From positions 1 to 14,324 of the forward strand of contig MCFH01000223.1 in NCBI GenBank assembly GCA_002104945.1: a stretch of DNA of 14,324 nucleotides, read 5' to 3'. The stretch is from Piromyces finnis finn. Its lineage: Eukaryota; Fungi; Neocallimastigomycota. The position numbers and the translations under genes are program-made. The notes under the pieces are model-generated. The model saw only the letters and a list, made by a program, of their open reading frames with translations. It was not told where the DNA came from and did no database searches. Numbering within the stretch: position 1 is the stretch's first letter; each line of letters opens with the position of its first letter. Shown piece by piece: positions 1 through 10,143 of this stretch.

Positions 1-810
1 ATAATCAAAACGACAGGTAACTCTAACATTTGTTGGAGCGCGTTGTGGTCCAGCTCGTATTTTTGAAGTAGCTGCATTTCCTGTTACATTATCCTTCTTT
101 TTAATATAATGTTTGTAGGCTGAGGAACCTTATATATGTTCCTGAATTTAATTCATCCTATGTTTTAATTAATTATTATAATATTTATTACATTTGAATA
201 TTATTAAATTTTAAAATCGTATATTATTATTATTTTTTATTAAAATCAATATATTTTATATATTTATTTTATATTATATATTTTTTTTTATATTATTATT
301 ATTATTATTTTATTATTATTTTTTTTCCAGTATATAAATAGAAATTTATATTAAAGATGATGAAAGATTGGAAATTTGAAATTATGATTTTTTAAATGTA
401 ATATTACAAGTTATTATTTATAGAAATTACATTTTGAAAGTAACTTTATAGATAATCTACAATATTTATATACTTACTTCTGTCATATTAAGTTGTTTTT
501 CTAATAAGGCAACTGCATCATTTTAACATCAGTATCTATTTCAATTGTATGTGTTGCACCCATATCTTTTGGAAGATTAGATGTTGCTAAACCAGTGGAT
601 TTAAATGTAACATCAATCATTTCCTTTTTCCTTTTTTCCCTCTCTTCTTTCGAGAGACCAGAAGATATTGAATTTAAAGAAGTATTATTTTCTCTCTTTT
701 TTTTAATAATAACTGTTTCTTCTTCATTTTCTTATCTTGTTCTAAACTAACTTTTTTTCTTTTATGAATATTTTTTTTCCACGCTTTTTGAATATTATTG
801 GCTCATCCAT
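1..810 (-). CDS. CWC24: Pre-mRNA splicing factor CWC24/RNF113A (CCCH + RING), 5' part only; continues beyond the left edge; frameshifted in this sequence
   Basis: ATG at 810-808 (MDEPIIFKKRGKK). Exon 1 is 810-478 and includes FKSTGLATSNLPKDMGATHTIEIDTDVK(N)DAVALLEKQLNMTE. The intron runs GTAAGT 477 to TAG 158. Exon 2 starts at 157 and gives GSSAYKHYIKKKDNVTGNAATSKIRAGPQRAPTNVRVTCRFDY, matching the CWC24/RNF113A motif GPxRAPxxxRxxxRxDY just before the CCCH finger. About 4 single-base indels are needed (near 772, 742, 522, 132). Confidence 0.9.
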
Positions 811-987
811 TATTCACTTATTTAATAACTATTTATAACTTTTTCTTCTTTATATTTAGTATTAACTTTGATATTATTTCAAACTTTTATAAATTAAAAA
901 AATTAAATTTTAAATTGTACAAAAAAAAAAAAGTAGAAAAATTAGTGCTTTATGATATTATTTAAATTTAAATATTTTATTCTATTA

Positions 988-993
988 CACGTG
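988..993. promoter_or_regulatory. CACGTG palindrome (E-box) about 180 bp upstream of the CWC24 ATG
   Basis: Exact CACGTG in an almost GC-free intergenic region. Function is not shown. Confidence 0.25.
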
Positions 994-1039
994 AAATATA
1001 ATAAATAATTTATGTTTTTTATCATTTATCATTTATTTA

Positions 1040-1099
1040 CAGCATTAATAAAAAATAACAATATATTTATAATATATTTGCAGCATTAATAAAAAATAA
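1040..1099. repeat. Short direct repeat with 41-bp period
   Basis: CAGCATTAATAAAAAATAA is identical at 1040-1058 and 1081-1099. Confidence 0.8.
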
Positions 1100-1449
1100 T
1101 AACATAAATATATTATAAATATATATAAATACTAGAAAAAAATTTTTATAACATATGGTATTTAATTACAATAAAAAGTAATAATATTAATACTTTTTTA
1201 AAAAAAAGTTAATGTATTAAAAGTAATATGCTTTTAAATATTAAAGAATATTATTATTTACAATTGATTAATATTAATGTATAATGTGGTATTATATAAG
1301 ATTTTATGAATTTATATTAATGAATGTTGATATATTAACATTTTTTTTTTTTTTTTTTGCTTATATTATTTAAATTAAAATTATATTATATATGTATTAT
1401 ATGGTATTATGTATAATTAACATTATTATTTTTTTATATTTAATTATTG

Positions 1450-2446
1450 TTAATGAGAAATCTAACAAATTATTTTCATGCTTATAAATTGTTTATTTGA
1501 AGTAATAGCTTTAATTTCCATGTTTCAAATGGTGTATATTTATCATATTCTTGAAGTATTTGAACAAAATTTCTGGATCTTTTTTTTCAATTGAAAATAT
1601 TAATTTTTTTTAAAAATGTATATTCTTTACTATTCTTGAAATTTTCATTAAATTTTAGACAAATCTTAATATATTTTTAAGTTTATTGGGAAGTATATCT
1701 TTTTTAAGTTTTGTATTAGTTGACAAAGTCCAGCATTTAAAAATATATTGTCCGTAGGATACCATGACTTATTTAATTTTTTCGATATATTCGCAACTTT
1801 TAAAAATATATCTATTGCTTTTTCGTATTGTTCTAATTCACTATAAAAAACTCCTAATTTTATAAACATTCCAATTGTTTAGTTTCATCCATTTCATTAT
1901 TTAACAATTCTACTGCTAATTCATAAGATTTTATTGCATTTTGAATATCATTTAGATTTGATTCATATATTTCACCTATAGTTATTTGGTGTTTTGTCTG
2001 TTCTAAATCTTCCGTTTTCTTTACATAATTCAATAGCATTATGTAAAGCATAAATAGCATCATTTGAACTATAGTCTCTATAACAATTTGAAGAATCTAT
2101 ATAGAGTGTTATAGCTTCTATAGGATTTCGTTTATTAAAACAATTTGCTGCTTGGAAATAAGCATCGCCTGCTTCCATCCATTTTTTCGAAAGTTTATAA
2201 ATAAGACCAGCTTTTTGTATAACTCTCCAGCTTTCATAATTTTGTACTTAGAATTGTAATTGAATTTTATTTTATAAAAATAAAAAACATTCAATATTAC
2301 ATTCTATAAAAATTAGATTTTTTTTAAACATTAACCCTTTATACCATTTATAAGAATACTTACTTTCTATAAAACCAACTATTTTTTAATTTCTCAGCTG
2401 ATTTTATATGTTCTTCAGCTGTTTGGGCATTGTAATTTGTAATCAT
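1450..2446 (-). CDS. SEC17: Alpha-SNAP (NSF attachment protein, SEC17-like), divergent; 2 exons; several frameshifts in this sequence
   Basis: ATG at 2446 (MITNYNAQTAEEHIKSAEKLKNSWFYR). The intron runs GTAAGT 2363 to AG 2247. Exon 2 gives AGLIYKLSKKWMEAGDAYFQAANCF, AIELCKENGRF, KHQITIGEIYE, LEQYEKAIDIF, IFLNAGLCQL and NSKEYTFLKKLI...QEYDKYTPFETWKLKLLLQI, collinear with alpha-SNAP. The ORF-track entries 1972-2178, 1860-2063 and 1666-1869 are pieces of this gene in different frames. The 3' end near 1450 is approximate. Confidence 0.85.
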
Positions 2447-2625
2447 TTTTTTTAATCTTTATTTTTATTTTATTTTTCTAGTTATGGCTTAGTGAATATT
2501 ATTTTGAAATTTTATGATTATATAAAAAATTAAAAATTCATATTAAAAATATATTTAATGTATTACGATAAAATAAACATGTTTATTTAATAAATTCATA
2601 GTTTTAATATTATTTCTAATATTAA

Positions 2626-2645
2626 AAAACAAAACAAAACAAAAC
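2626..2645. repeat. (AAAAC)4 microsatellite
   Basis: Read directly from the sequence. Confidence 0.8.
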
Positions 2646-4386
2646 ATGGTGTAAATTTTAAAAGCCAAATTTAATTATCATTCCTATTTATTTTGCATAT
2701 GAAATTTTGTAAATTATTTACAAGATAATTTATCAATTTTTTTTTACTTATTTTTTAAATAAATAAATAATTTATTGATTAAAAGTGAAAAATGATTTTT
2801 TTATTTTTTTTATTTTTTTTATATTATTATTACTTTCTTTTAAATTTTATTGATTTCAAAATATTTCAATTTATCTTTTTTCACTTTTATTTTTAAAAAA
2901 ATATTGTTATTTTACTATATTTATAGTATTTTCATTATAATAAAGCCATTTAATATATTATTAATATTTTCTATTATATAGTCATTTATATTTTAATATT
3001 ATATAAATTATTGTATGGTATAATAATATACTATACAAATATAATTAAAGTTAATAAATACTATTTTAATTTAGCATTGTACAATACAAATTTTAATTTA
3101 TATATATTAGTATTAATATAAATTATCCATATATTAGTTATTTTATCGACTTATGATTGTTGTGGTTCCAAACTAAATAGTTATTTATATAATTAAAAAG
3201 GTTTTAATTTTATTTATTAAACCCCTATATGATTATTTGGATGTTTATAATAATAAATATATTATAGTATTTTTATAATTATTCTATTTTCATGCTAATT
3301 TTGTATTTAAATAAAATGCATATATTTACAAAAAAGGAAATTTTAATTTAGATTTTGTTTTACCTTTTGAAAACAAAACAAATATTTTAAGTGTAACTCA
3401 TATGATTAAATATTAGATGTATAAAATGAAGAAAAAGTATTTTTTTTTTTATTTTTATTAAGTATTATTTCATTGAGAAATGAAACACACACCTATATTA
3501 ATTATTATTATTATTATTTATTATCATCAATATTATTTAATTAAAACTATTTTTCAGTTAGTATTTTATTTTATAAAAGTAAATTAATAAATATACTTTG
3601 ATATTTTGATATTTTAAAATTAATTTTTCATACATTATTTTCATATTGTTTTATTTTCAAATTCTTTATTAAAATTAAAAGTTTATGAAAAGCAAGAACA
3701 AATTCAGTTAAAATGCTTTAATTTATAAATATATCATAAAGCTATTTTATTTAATGGCTTAAAATTTTTTTTATTACAAAATGTAAATATATTGAATAAT
3801 GAATAACTAGTGTTAATGAATAAAGTAATTATATTCATTAACACGTAGATATATATATAAAAGAGATGATTAATTGTAATTATAATAACAATGTGTATTT
3901 TTATTTAATTATTAAATAACATAAATTGTAGGTAAAATATTAAGTATAGATAATATTTATCTTCAATAATATATAATATATAATATAATGAATAAAAAAT
4001 ACTTAAAAGTTTACATATATATGAAAAAAACATAATTATTTATTTTATTCTAATATTGTTAAATATCTTTTATTAAAATAATATATATTAATTATATTAA
4101 TTATCAAAACCATTTCTAACACCTAACAAAATAATATAATTAACTTAAAGTTAACACATTATATTTTTATTTTAAAAATATTAAACAATAAATTTTGTGA
4201 AGTAAAATTTTCTCTTTTATAGTAATTTTTAGAATTAAAGTTCATAATTTAATATTTTCTTTCTGGTTATTTAATATATCCAAAGGGTTAACTTATATAA
4301 TTTATAAATTTTATTTAAAATTTTAAAAAATTTAATATATAAAATTATATAAAAATATTATACTTATAATATATGGCTTCGAATAT

Positions 4387-4491
4387 CCAATCATACTAAT
4401 TTATAATCAATCATTATTGGTCAAAAAATATTGTTACTGAATACTGTTAAAGTTGGAATTACCTTTTGTGAATTCCTTTTTTCCTCCTTTT
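4387..4491 (+). promoter_or_regulatory. Putative RPL26 core promoter: CCAAT boxes plus a pyrimidine (TCT/TOP-like) tract
   Basis: CCAAT at 4387-4391, inverted ATTGG at 4416-4420, and an uninterrupted 19-nt pyrimidine tract TTCCTTTTTTCCTCCTTTT at 4473-4491, 40 nt before the ATG. Confidence 0.5.
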
Positions 4492-4530
4492 ACACTGCTA
4501 GGACGATATATTTAATTTTGTTCGATAAAA

Positions 4531-5284
4531 ATGAAGTTCTCTAACGACGGTAAAGATTGATGAATGAATGATTACTTTTTTTTATATTTATGAATGTTTT
4601 TACAAATGTTTTAATATAGTTTTTGTGTTATGTTAATGTATGTTTAAAAATAATTACGAAATATGTGTGTTATTATGTGAAATGAACTTTGTTTATTATT
4701 TACTGTACAATGTATTATCATTATGCTTATTACTAATTATGCACAATATATTATTAATGAATAAATAGTTTCTTCTTCACGCAGTAAGTCCCGTAAGGCT
4801 CACTTCTCTGCTCCATCTTCTATTCGCCGTAAGATCATGAGCGCTTCCCTCTCCAAGGAATTAAGAGAAAAGCACCATGTAAGTTTTATATTTAAGCATA
4901 GTTGAAAATTAAATTCAAAAATTAATTAAATATTTTTTTATTATAAAGGTTCGTTCCATGCCAATCCGTAAGGATGATGAAGTTACCATCGTTCGTGGTG
5001 CCTTCAAGGGTCGTGAAGGAAAGGTTGTCACTGTCTACCGTAAGAAGTGGATTATTCACATTGAACGTGTCACCAAGGAAAAGACCAACGGTGCTGCCGT
5101 CCCAATCCCAATCCACCCATCTAAGGTTATGATCACCAAGTTAAAGATGGATAAGGACAGAAAGGATCTCTTAGAACGTAAGGCTGCCAACAAGCAAGTA
5201 AGTACAATATAATTAATAATAAAATATTATGTTTTTAAAATTCTAATTTTATTTTATTATTTTAATAATTAATTACTATAGTAA
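4531..5284 (+). CDS. RPL26: 60S ribosomal protein L26 (uL24), intact, 126 aa
   Basis: Exons are 4531-4549, 4769-4878, 4949-5197 and probably 5282-5284 (stop codon only), all with GT-AG introns. Protein: [126 protein letters not shown]. It has the uL24 KOW region and no frameshift. Confidence 0.97.
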
Positions 5285-5929
5285 ATCATTTTTATTAAGA
5301 ATTAAATTGTTAAAAATGAAATATATAATAAAAATATCAATTTTCGGGTACTTGAAAATTGATTGATGAAAAAAAAACAGTTGATTTAAAATGAAGAATC
5401 AGTTTTATGTTAATAGTGTCAAATTTTATCAAAAACTTATTGTGGATAATTTTTTAAATAGAAGTAGAATTATGTAGATATGTAAGAACAAATAAACAAA
5501 AGCACATTATGATGTAGTTTAATATTCGAAGGAAAGAAGAATATTAATATATAATTAAATTAATTCAATTGAAATGATTAAAAAGATTTGTCAGTATTCC
5601 AATTTTATTTATATTTATTTTTATAATATAATTTTAATAAATTATTAGTTTGCTTTAAAAATTGTTTTAGTATAAGGTGTATAAAAATAAAAAGCAAGAG
5701 ACAGGAAATTATTTAATAATGTTGGTTGGTTTTAAGTTAAAATATTTATTTTGTATTTATAATTGAAGGTTTAAATATGTATTATTTTAAAAGGATTTTG
5801 TAGTAGAAAAATTATAAAAAGTAAATATTTATATTTTTTATTATAAGAATAAAAGTATTTGCTGTTAAAAAAATATTAAGTATACAAGTATTTCAAAATA
5901 ATAATGTTAATATTCAAAGTTTAAAATAA

Positions 5930-6560
5930 TAATTATGTTCCTATTGGTTTAAAAAATATAGTCATTCATTCCTATATTTTAAGTATAGTCTCTAATTATG
6001 TTCCATTACTTGATTCTATCAAAAATAGAACTTTCAAATCAATACAGCTTTCACAATGAAGGTCTAAATAACAATGATTTTGTTTTTGAACGAAATTCAT
6101 TTATTAGTCTGTATACTCTTACAAGAGATTTGAAGATTACGACATTTTCAGGCATTTGTGCTGCGCAACGAGTAAAATGCTTTGCTAAATAGAGAAAATC
6201 AAATTGTAGTATTAAAGATCTCGTCCGATCTATTCCTCCCATGTCTTATTACTTTGGGCCAAAGAATCTTGTTCCCGACATAAGATACTTAAGAAAATAA
6301 AAATATTAAAAATACTAAAGATATTAGGGATATTATTGGAATAATAGTAGCTTAAATAATGGAAATAAAGCTCTTAGATATACTAACAGAAATTTCCTTA
6401 ATTCAAATCACCTAATGCACGTCGTTCTATCACTTAAATTTAGGAATTACCTGAATTATTCATATTTGATGTGGTTATGAAAGCACTACCAAAATTCCAG
6501 TGATAGAGTTACACCTGACTGCCCTGGTGTATTCATTGAATTTTTATGCAACTTTAATAA
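5930..6560 (+). mobile_element. Decayed non-LTR retrotransposon (LINE-like) fragment: ORF2 region C-terminal to the RT core; truncated
   Basis: A GC-richer island in AT-only DNA. With a few frame changes and stops it reads PIGLKNIVIHSYILSIVSNYVPLLDSIKNRTFKSIQ / RNSFISLYTLTRDLKITTFSGICAAQRVKCFAK*RKSNCSIKDLVRSIPPMSYYF(W)AKES / YYWNNSSLNNGNKALRY / LGIT*IIHI*CGYESTTKI / DRVTPDCPG. From memory this resembles the post-RT region of LINE-like ORF2 proteins of early-diverging fungi (YAPLLGS, GICAxxQVKCFxKW, WxKES, LGxxWxxRxRCG, DCP..CPCC). No search was run. It has no introns and no RT YADD motif. Confidence 0.6.
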
Positions 6561-8314
6561 TTATTTTATTTTATATTTATATTTATATTTATATTTATAT
6601 TTTTAAATACTTATATTTTATTTAATGTTTATTATATCAATGTGTATTATCACCTAATATAATGTAAAACTACAAATTAAATAAATAAAAAAGTAAATTT
6701 TATTCCTTATTATAAAATTTATATATTTATATATTGTATTAATGTATTTAATTATTTAAAATTACTTCTTGGGAAAGAAATTTTAATAGTAATTAGGAAA
6801 AGAGCTTTAAAAGAAAATGTAACCGAATATATTTCCTTTTTTTTTTTTTTTTTTTTAACTATCAATGCAAAACATTTTACAAAAATTATATTTTATGACA
6901 TTATAATACATCAATCAGTATAATAGAACCTTAAAATATTTATTATTATGAAAAAAATATGCTACTAACTAATAATTATCAATATTTAATAGGTTTATAA
7001 TAAAATCGAAAGCGTCAATACTTTAGAAACAATATGCCAGATTCAGTATAATTTCTTCAATTAAAAATCTTTCATATAAAAAATTTAATTAAAAAAATAT
7101 GGGTTTTCAATAATAAAATTATACTTCTTTGATATTAAATAGTAAAATTTTTAAGAAATATTTAATTATAAATATTTCTTTTATAGAATTTTTTTTTTTG
7201 TTTCTGGATGATAAACTTAAGAGTATCATTAGAATTCTATTTATGACGTTAATGATTAGGGGAAATATTATATATTAGTTTTTATAAAAAATGTATTCTT
7301 GATGAATTTTTATTATTTAACTTTAATTTCTTTTAAATAAGTTATTTAAAATATAATAATTTAATAGGATATTTAAATTAGAATAAATTATTTCAATTTA
7401 AAGAAGAAAAATGTATTAGATAAAAATAGTTTATGTAAAATTTAAAAAAAAATTATTATCAACAAAGTGGTTTGTAAGATTTAGAAGTGAATTTCTTTAT
7501 TAATTTTATTAATTAAGAAAATACAAATGATGCGGAAATTTTAATATTACATTTAATTACACAATTGGAAATTATATTTTCAAAGTGATAAAATTTATAA
7601 TTTAATTGAATAGAAATAATGTAAATAATTAAACTTTTATGAAAGAAAAGATGGTTAGAATATATTTAGATATTTACATAGTTATATGTAAACCTTTTGA
7701 AGGATTCATATATTTGACAAAAAAAAGAGTGAAATTATATAAAATTGTAGAATAATAATTATAGTATAAATAGGATCAGTATCATTGCAAAAGAGATAAA
7801 AATAAGACTATAAGATTATTATTTCAAAATTTTACTTTTAGAACTATTATACCAATAAAAGTAATTTAATAAAAATTAATTTTTTATATTTATTAAACAT
7901 TAAATCATTTATTGTTCATTCATATATTAAATATATAATTGATTAAATTAATTAATCAAAAAATGAATACTTTAATAATAATAAAAATAGATATACAACA
8001 TAACAATTTTTATTCTTTCAAAATTTAATTGTTTTTTGTTTATACATAATAAAAAAATTAAAATCAAACAGCAACAATAACAATAATAAAAGAGGTGCTT
8101 TTATAGTCCTTTAACTAACAAATTATATAATAAATATAATATTTTAATGCATTTATATATTTATTATACATTTAAAGAAAAAAGAAAAAGAAAACAAATT
8201 GAACGATTAATCAATTTAATATTAAAAAATAAAAAAAACAATAAAACAAAATAAAAATAAAGCAAGAATAAATTATTATTAATATCAATAATATATTATT
8301 TAAAAAACAAAAAC

Positions 8315-8357
8315 AAAAGCAAAAGCAAAAGCAAAAGCAAAAAAAAAAAAAAAAAAA
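8315..8357. repeat. (AAAAGC)4 followed by a poly(A) run
   Basis: Read directly from the sequence, about 110-150 bp upstream of the SRP102 ATG. Confidence 0.8.
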
Positions 8358-8469
8358 TAAAACAACATCAATAATAGCAATAATATATATATAACGTTTA
8401 ACAAGAAATAAAATAATTTTATTTTGAGCTTTAATTTTCGAAATATTAATAATTAATATCTAATATAAA

Positions 8470-9724
8470 ATGGAGATGAATAACAATTTTAATAATTATA
8501 ATAGCAATAGCCTCAATTGCCATTTTATTAATTGGTAATATTTTTTATTTTTATTTTATTTTTTTTTTTTATGTTTAATGAAAATCTGAATGGATTCCAC
8601 TATATTAACGAATAAATATTTCAAATGATTATTTTTTAATATTGCTAATATAAAAATATTTTAACGTAATAAATATAGCTGCTATAGTAATTTTAAAGCT
8701 TACAGGAAATAGAGAAAAAAAAGATACATTTATTATTACTGGTATTTGTGATTCAGGAAAAACTTCTTTATACTTAAGAGTATGAATTATATAAAATAAT
8801 AAATATGATTTATATAAATACAATTCAATTCATATATATATTTTTAAATATTTATTAATTATATATATTGTTAAATTAATTATTAATTTTATTTTAATTT
8901 ATAAAGTTAAGAAATGATAAGGTCATGGAAACTCACACTTCAATTACAGAAAATGAAGGAAGATTTCCATTAGTCAAGAAGTTATTATTAAATATTTTTT
9001 TTTACTTAACATTAAATATAAAATAATAGTTAAATGTAAATATTAATAATTACATATATTACTTTGAACTAATCCCATTTTACTGTTTTTAATATATATA
9101 TCAATTTTACTTTTTTTTTTTTTTTTTTTTTTTAATCAGGATGAAGAAAAGGTTTTCCATGTTATTGATTTCCCAGGTCATTATAAGTTAAGATACAAAT
9201 ATCAAGATTTTACTCCAATTACTAAGGGTGTTATTTTTGTTATCGATTCTGCTACTTTCATAAAGAACGAAAGAGAAGTCACTGAATATTTATATGAAAT
9301 TTTAGCTAATAAATATATTTCAGAGAATGAAGTTTCAATTTTAATTGCTTGTAATAAACAAGATTATTTAATAGCTTTACCAAAGGAAAGAATAAAGACT
9401 GCTTTAGAAAATGAAATGTAAGTTTAGGATAATTAATAGTTTATTTATTATTATTATCAAATTATATACATAATTAATTTATTGATTAATATATTTTATT
9501 TATATTGATTTTTTTATCTATAGTAAAATCTTCGTTCCACTAGAGCTGCAGGTGTTGAAGAACAAGATGAAGATAATGTTGATGATTTCTTAGGTTATGA
9601 AAATGAAGCCTTTAAATTTGAACATCTTCCAAACCAAATATCATTTATTGAATGTGAACTTAAATCAGGAAATGCCAATTCTGGTATTAGTGAAATTAAG
9701 GATTGGATGGTTGAAAATTTTTAA
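8470..9724 (+). CDS. SRP102: Signal recognition particle receptor beta subunit (Arf-like GTPase with N-terminal TM anchor); 5 exons; 2 frameshifts in this sequence
   Basis: Exons are 8470-8534, 8679-8779, 8907-8972, 9140-9417 and 9524-9724. It has a TM segment TILIIIIAIASIAILLIAAIVIL, P-loop IITGICDSGKTSLY, G2 THTSITEN, G3 VIDFPGHYKLR, GVIFVIDS, G4 LIACNKQD, and C-terminal FLGYENEAFKFEHL...IKDWMVENF*. Indels are needed near 8482 and 9525-9528. Confidence 0.92.
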
Positions 9725-10026
9725 ATTATTAGTTTTTAATACTTTTATTTAATAGGCTATTAGAAATAATAAAAAAGAATAATAAATCTCATATATTATT
9801 TAAAATAATTTATATGTTCAAGCAATATCTCTTTATAGAAAGAATTGATAAAAATTTATATATCTAGAGTTAGTATAATGCTAAAATAAATAATTATTAT
9901 TATTATTCATTTCTTATATTTTAATATTATGTAGCATAAGATATTTATTAATCAATAATATTTAACATATGTATGGTATAATGCAACAATAAAATTTTTT
10001 TTATAAACCTATTTATTCTATAATTC

Positions 10027-10059
10027 TTTTTTTTTTTTTTTTTTTTGTTTTGTTTTTGC

Positions 10060-10094
<35 letters not shown>

Positions 10095-10103
10095 TTATTA
10101 TTA

Positions 10104-10134
<31 letters not shown>

Positions 10135-10143
10135 TTTATTTTT
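10027..10143. repeat. Compound microsatellite: T20, interrupted (TTA)n, then (TTTA)n
   Basis: Poly(T) at 10027-10046, TTA repeats at about 10060-10120 with one TTT interruption, TTTA repeats to about 10143. It lies between the convergent SRP102 and TSR4 genes. Confidence 0.9.

Noticed and set aside
4550-4768. Possible intronic C/D snoRNA in RPL26 intron 1 (TGATGA near 4558)
   Set aside because: There is no box D (CTGA) and no terminal stem in the intron.
4922-5116. Minus-strand ORF (64 aa)
   Set aside because: It is the antisense shadow of RPL26 exon 3.
6051-6242. Minus-strand ORF MGGIDRTRSL... (63 aa)
   Set aside because: It is antisense to the LINE-like frame and has no recognisable motif or splice context.
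5990-6550. GC island considered as an ncRNA (U3, RNase P/MRP, SRP RNA, rRNA fragment)
   Set aside because: I found none of their conserved boxes, and a decayed protein-coding frame explains the island better.
8629-8823. Minus-strand ORF (64 aa)
   Set aside because: It is antisense to SRP102 exon 2 and the flanking introns.
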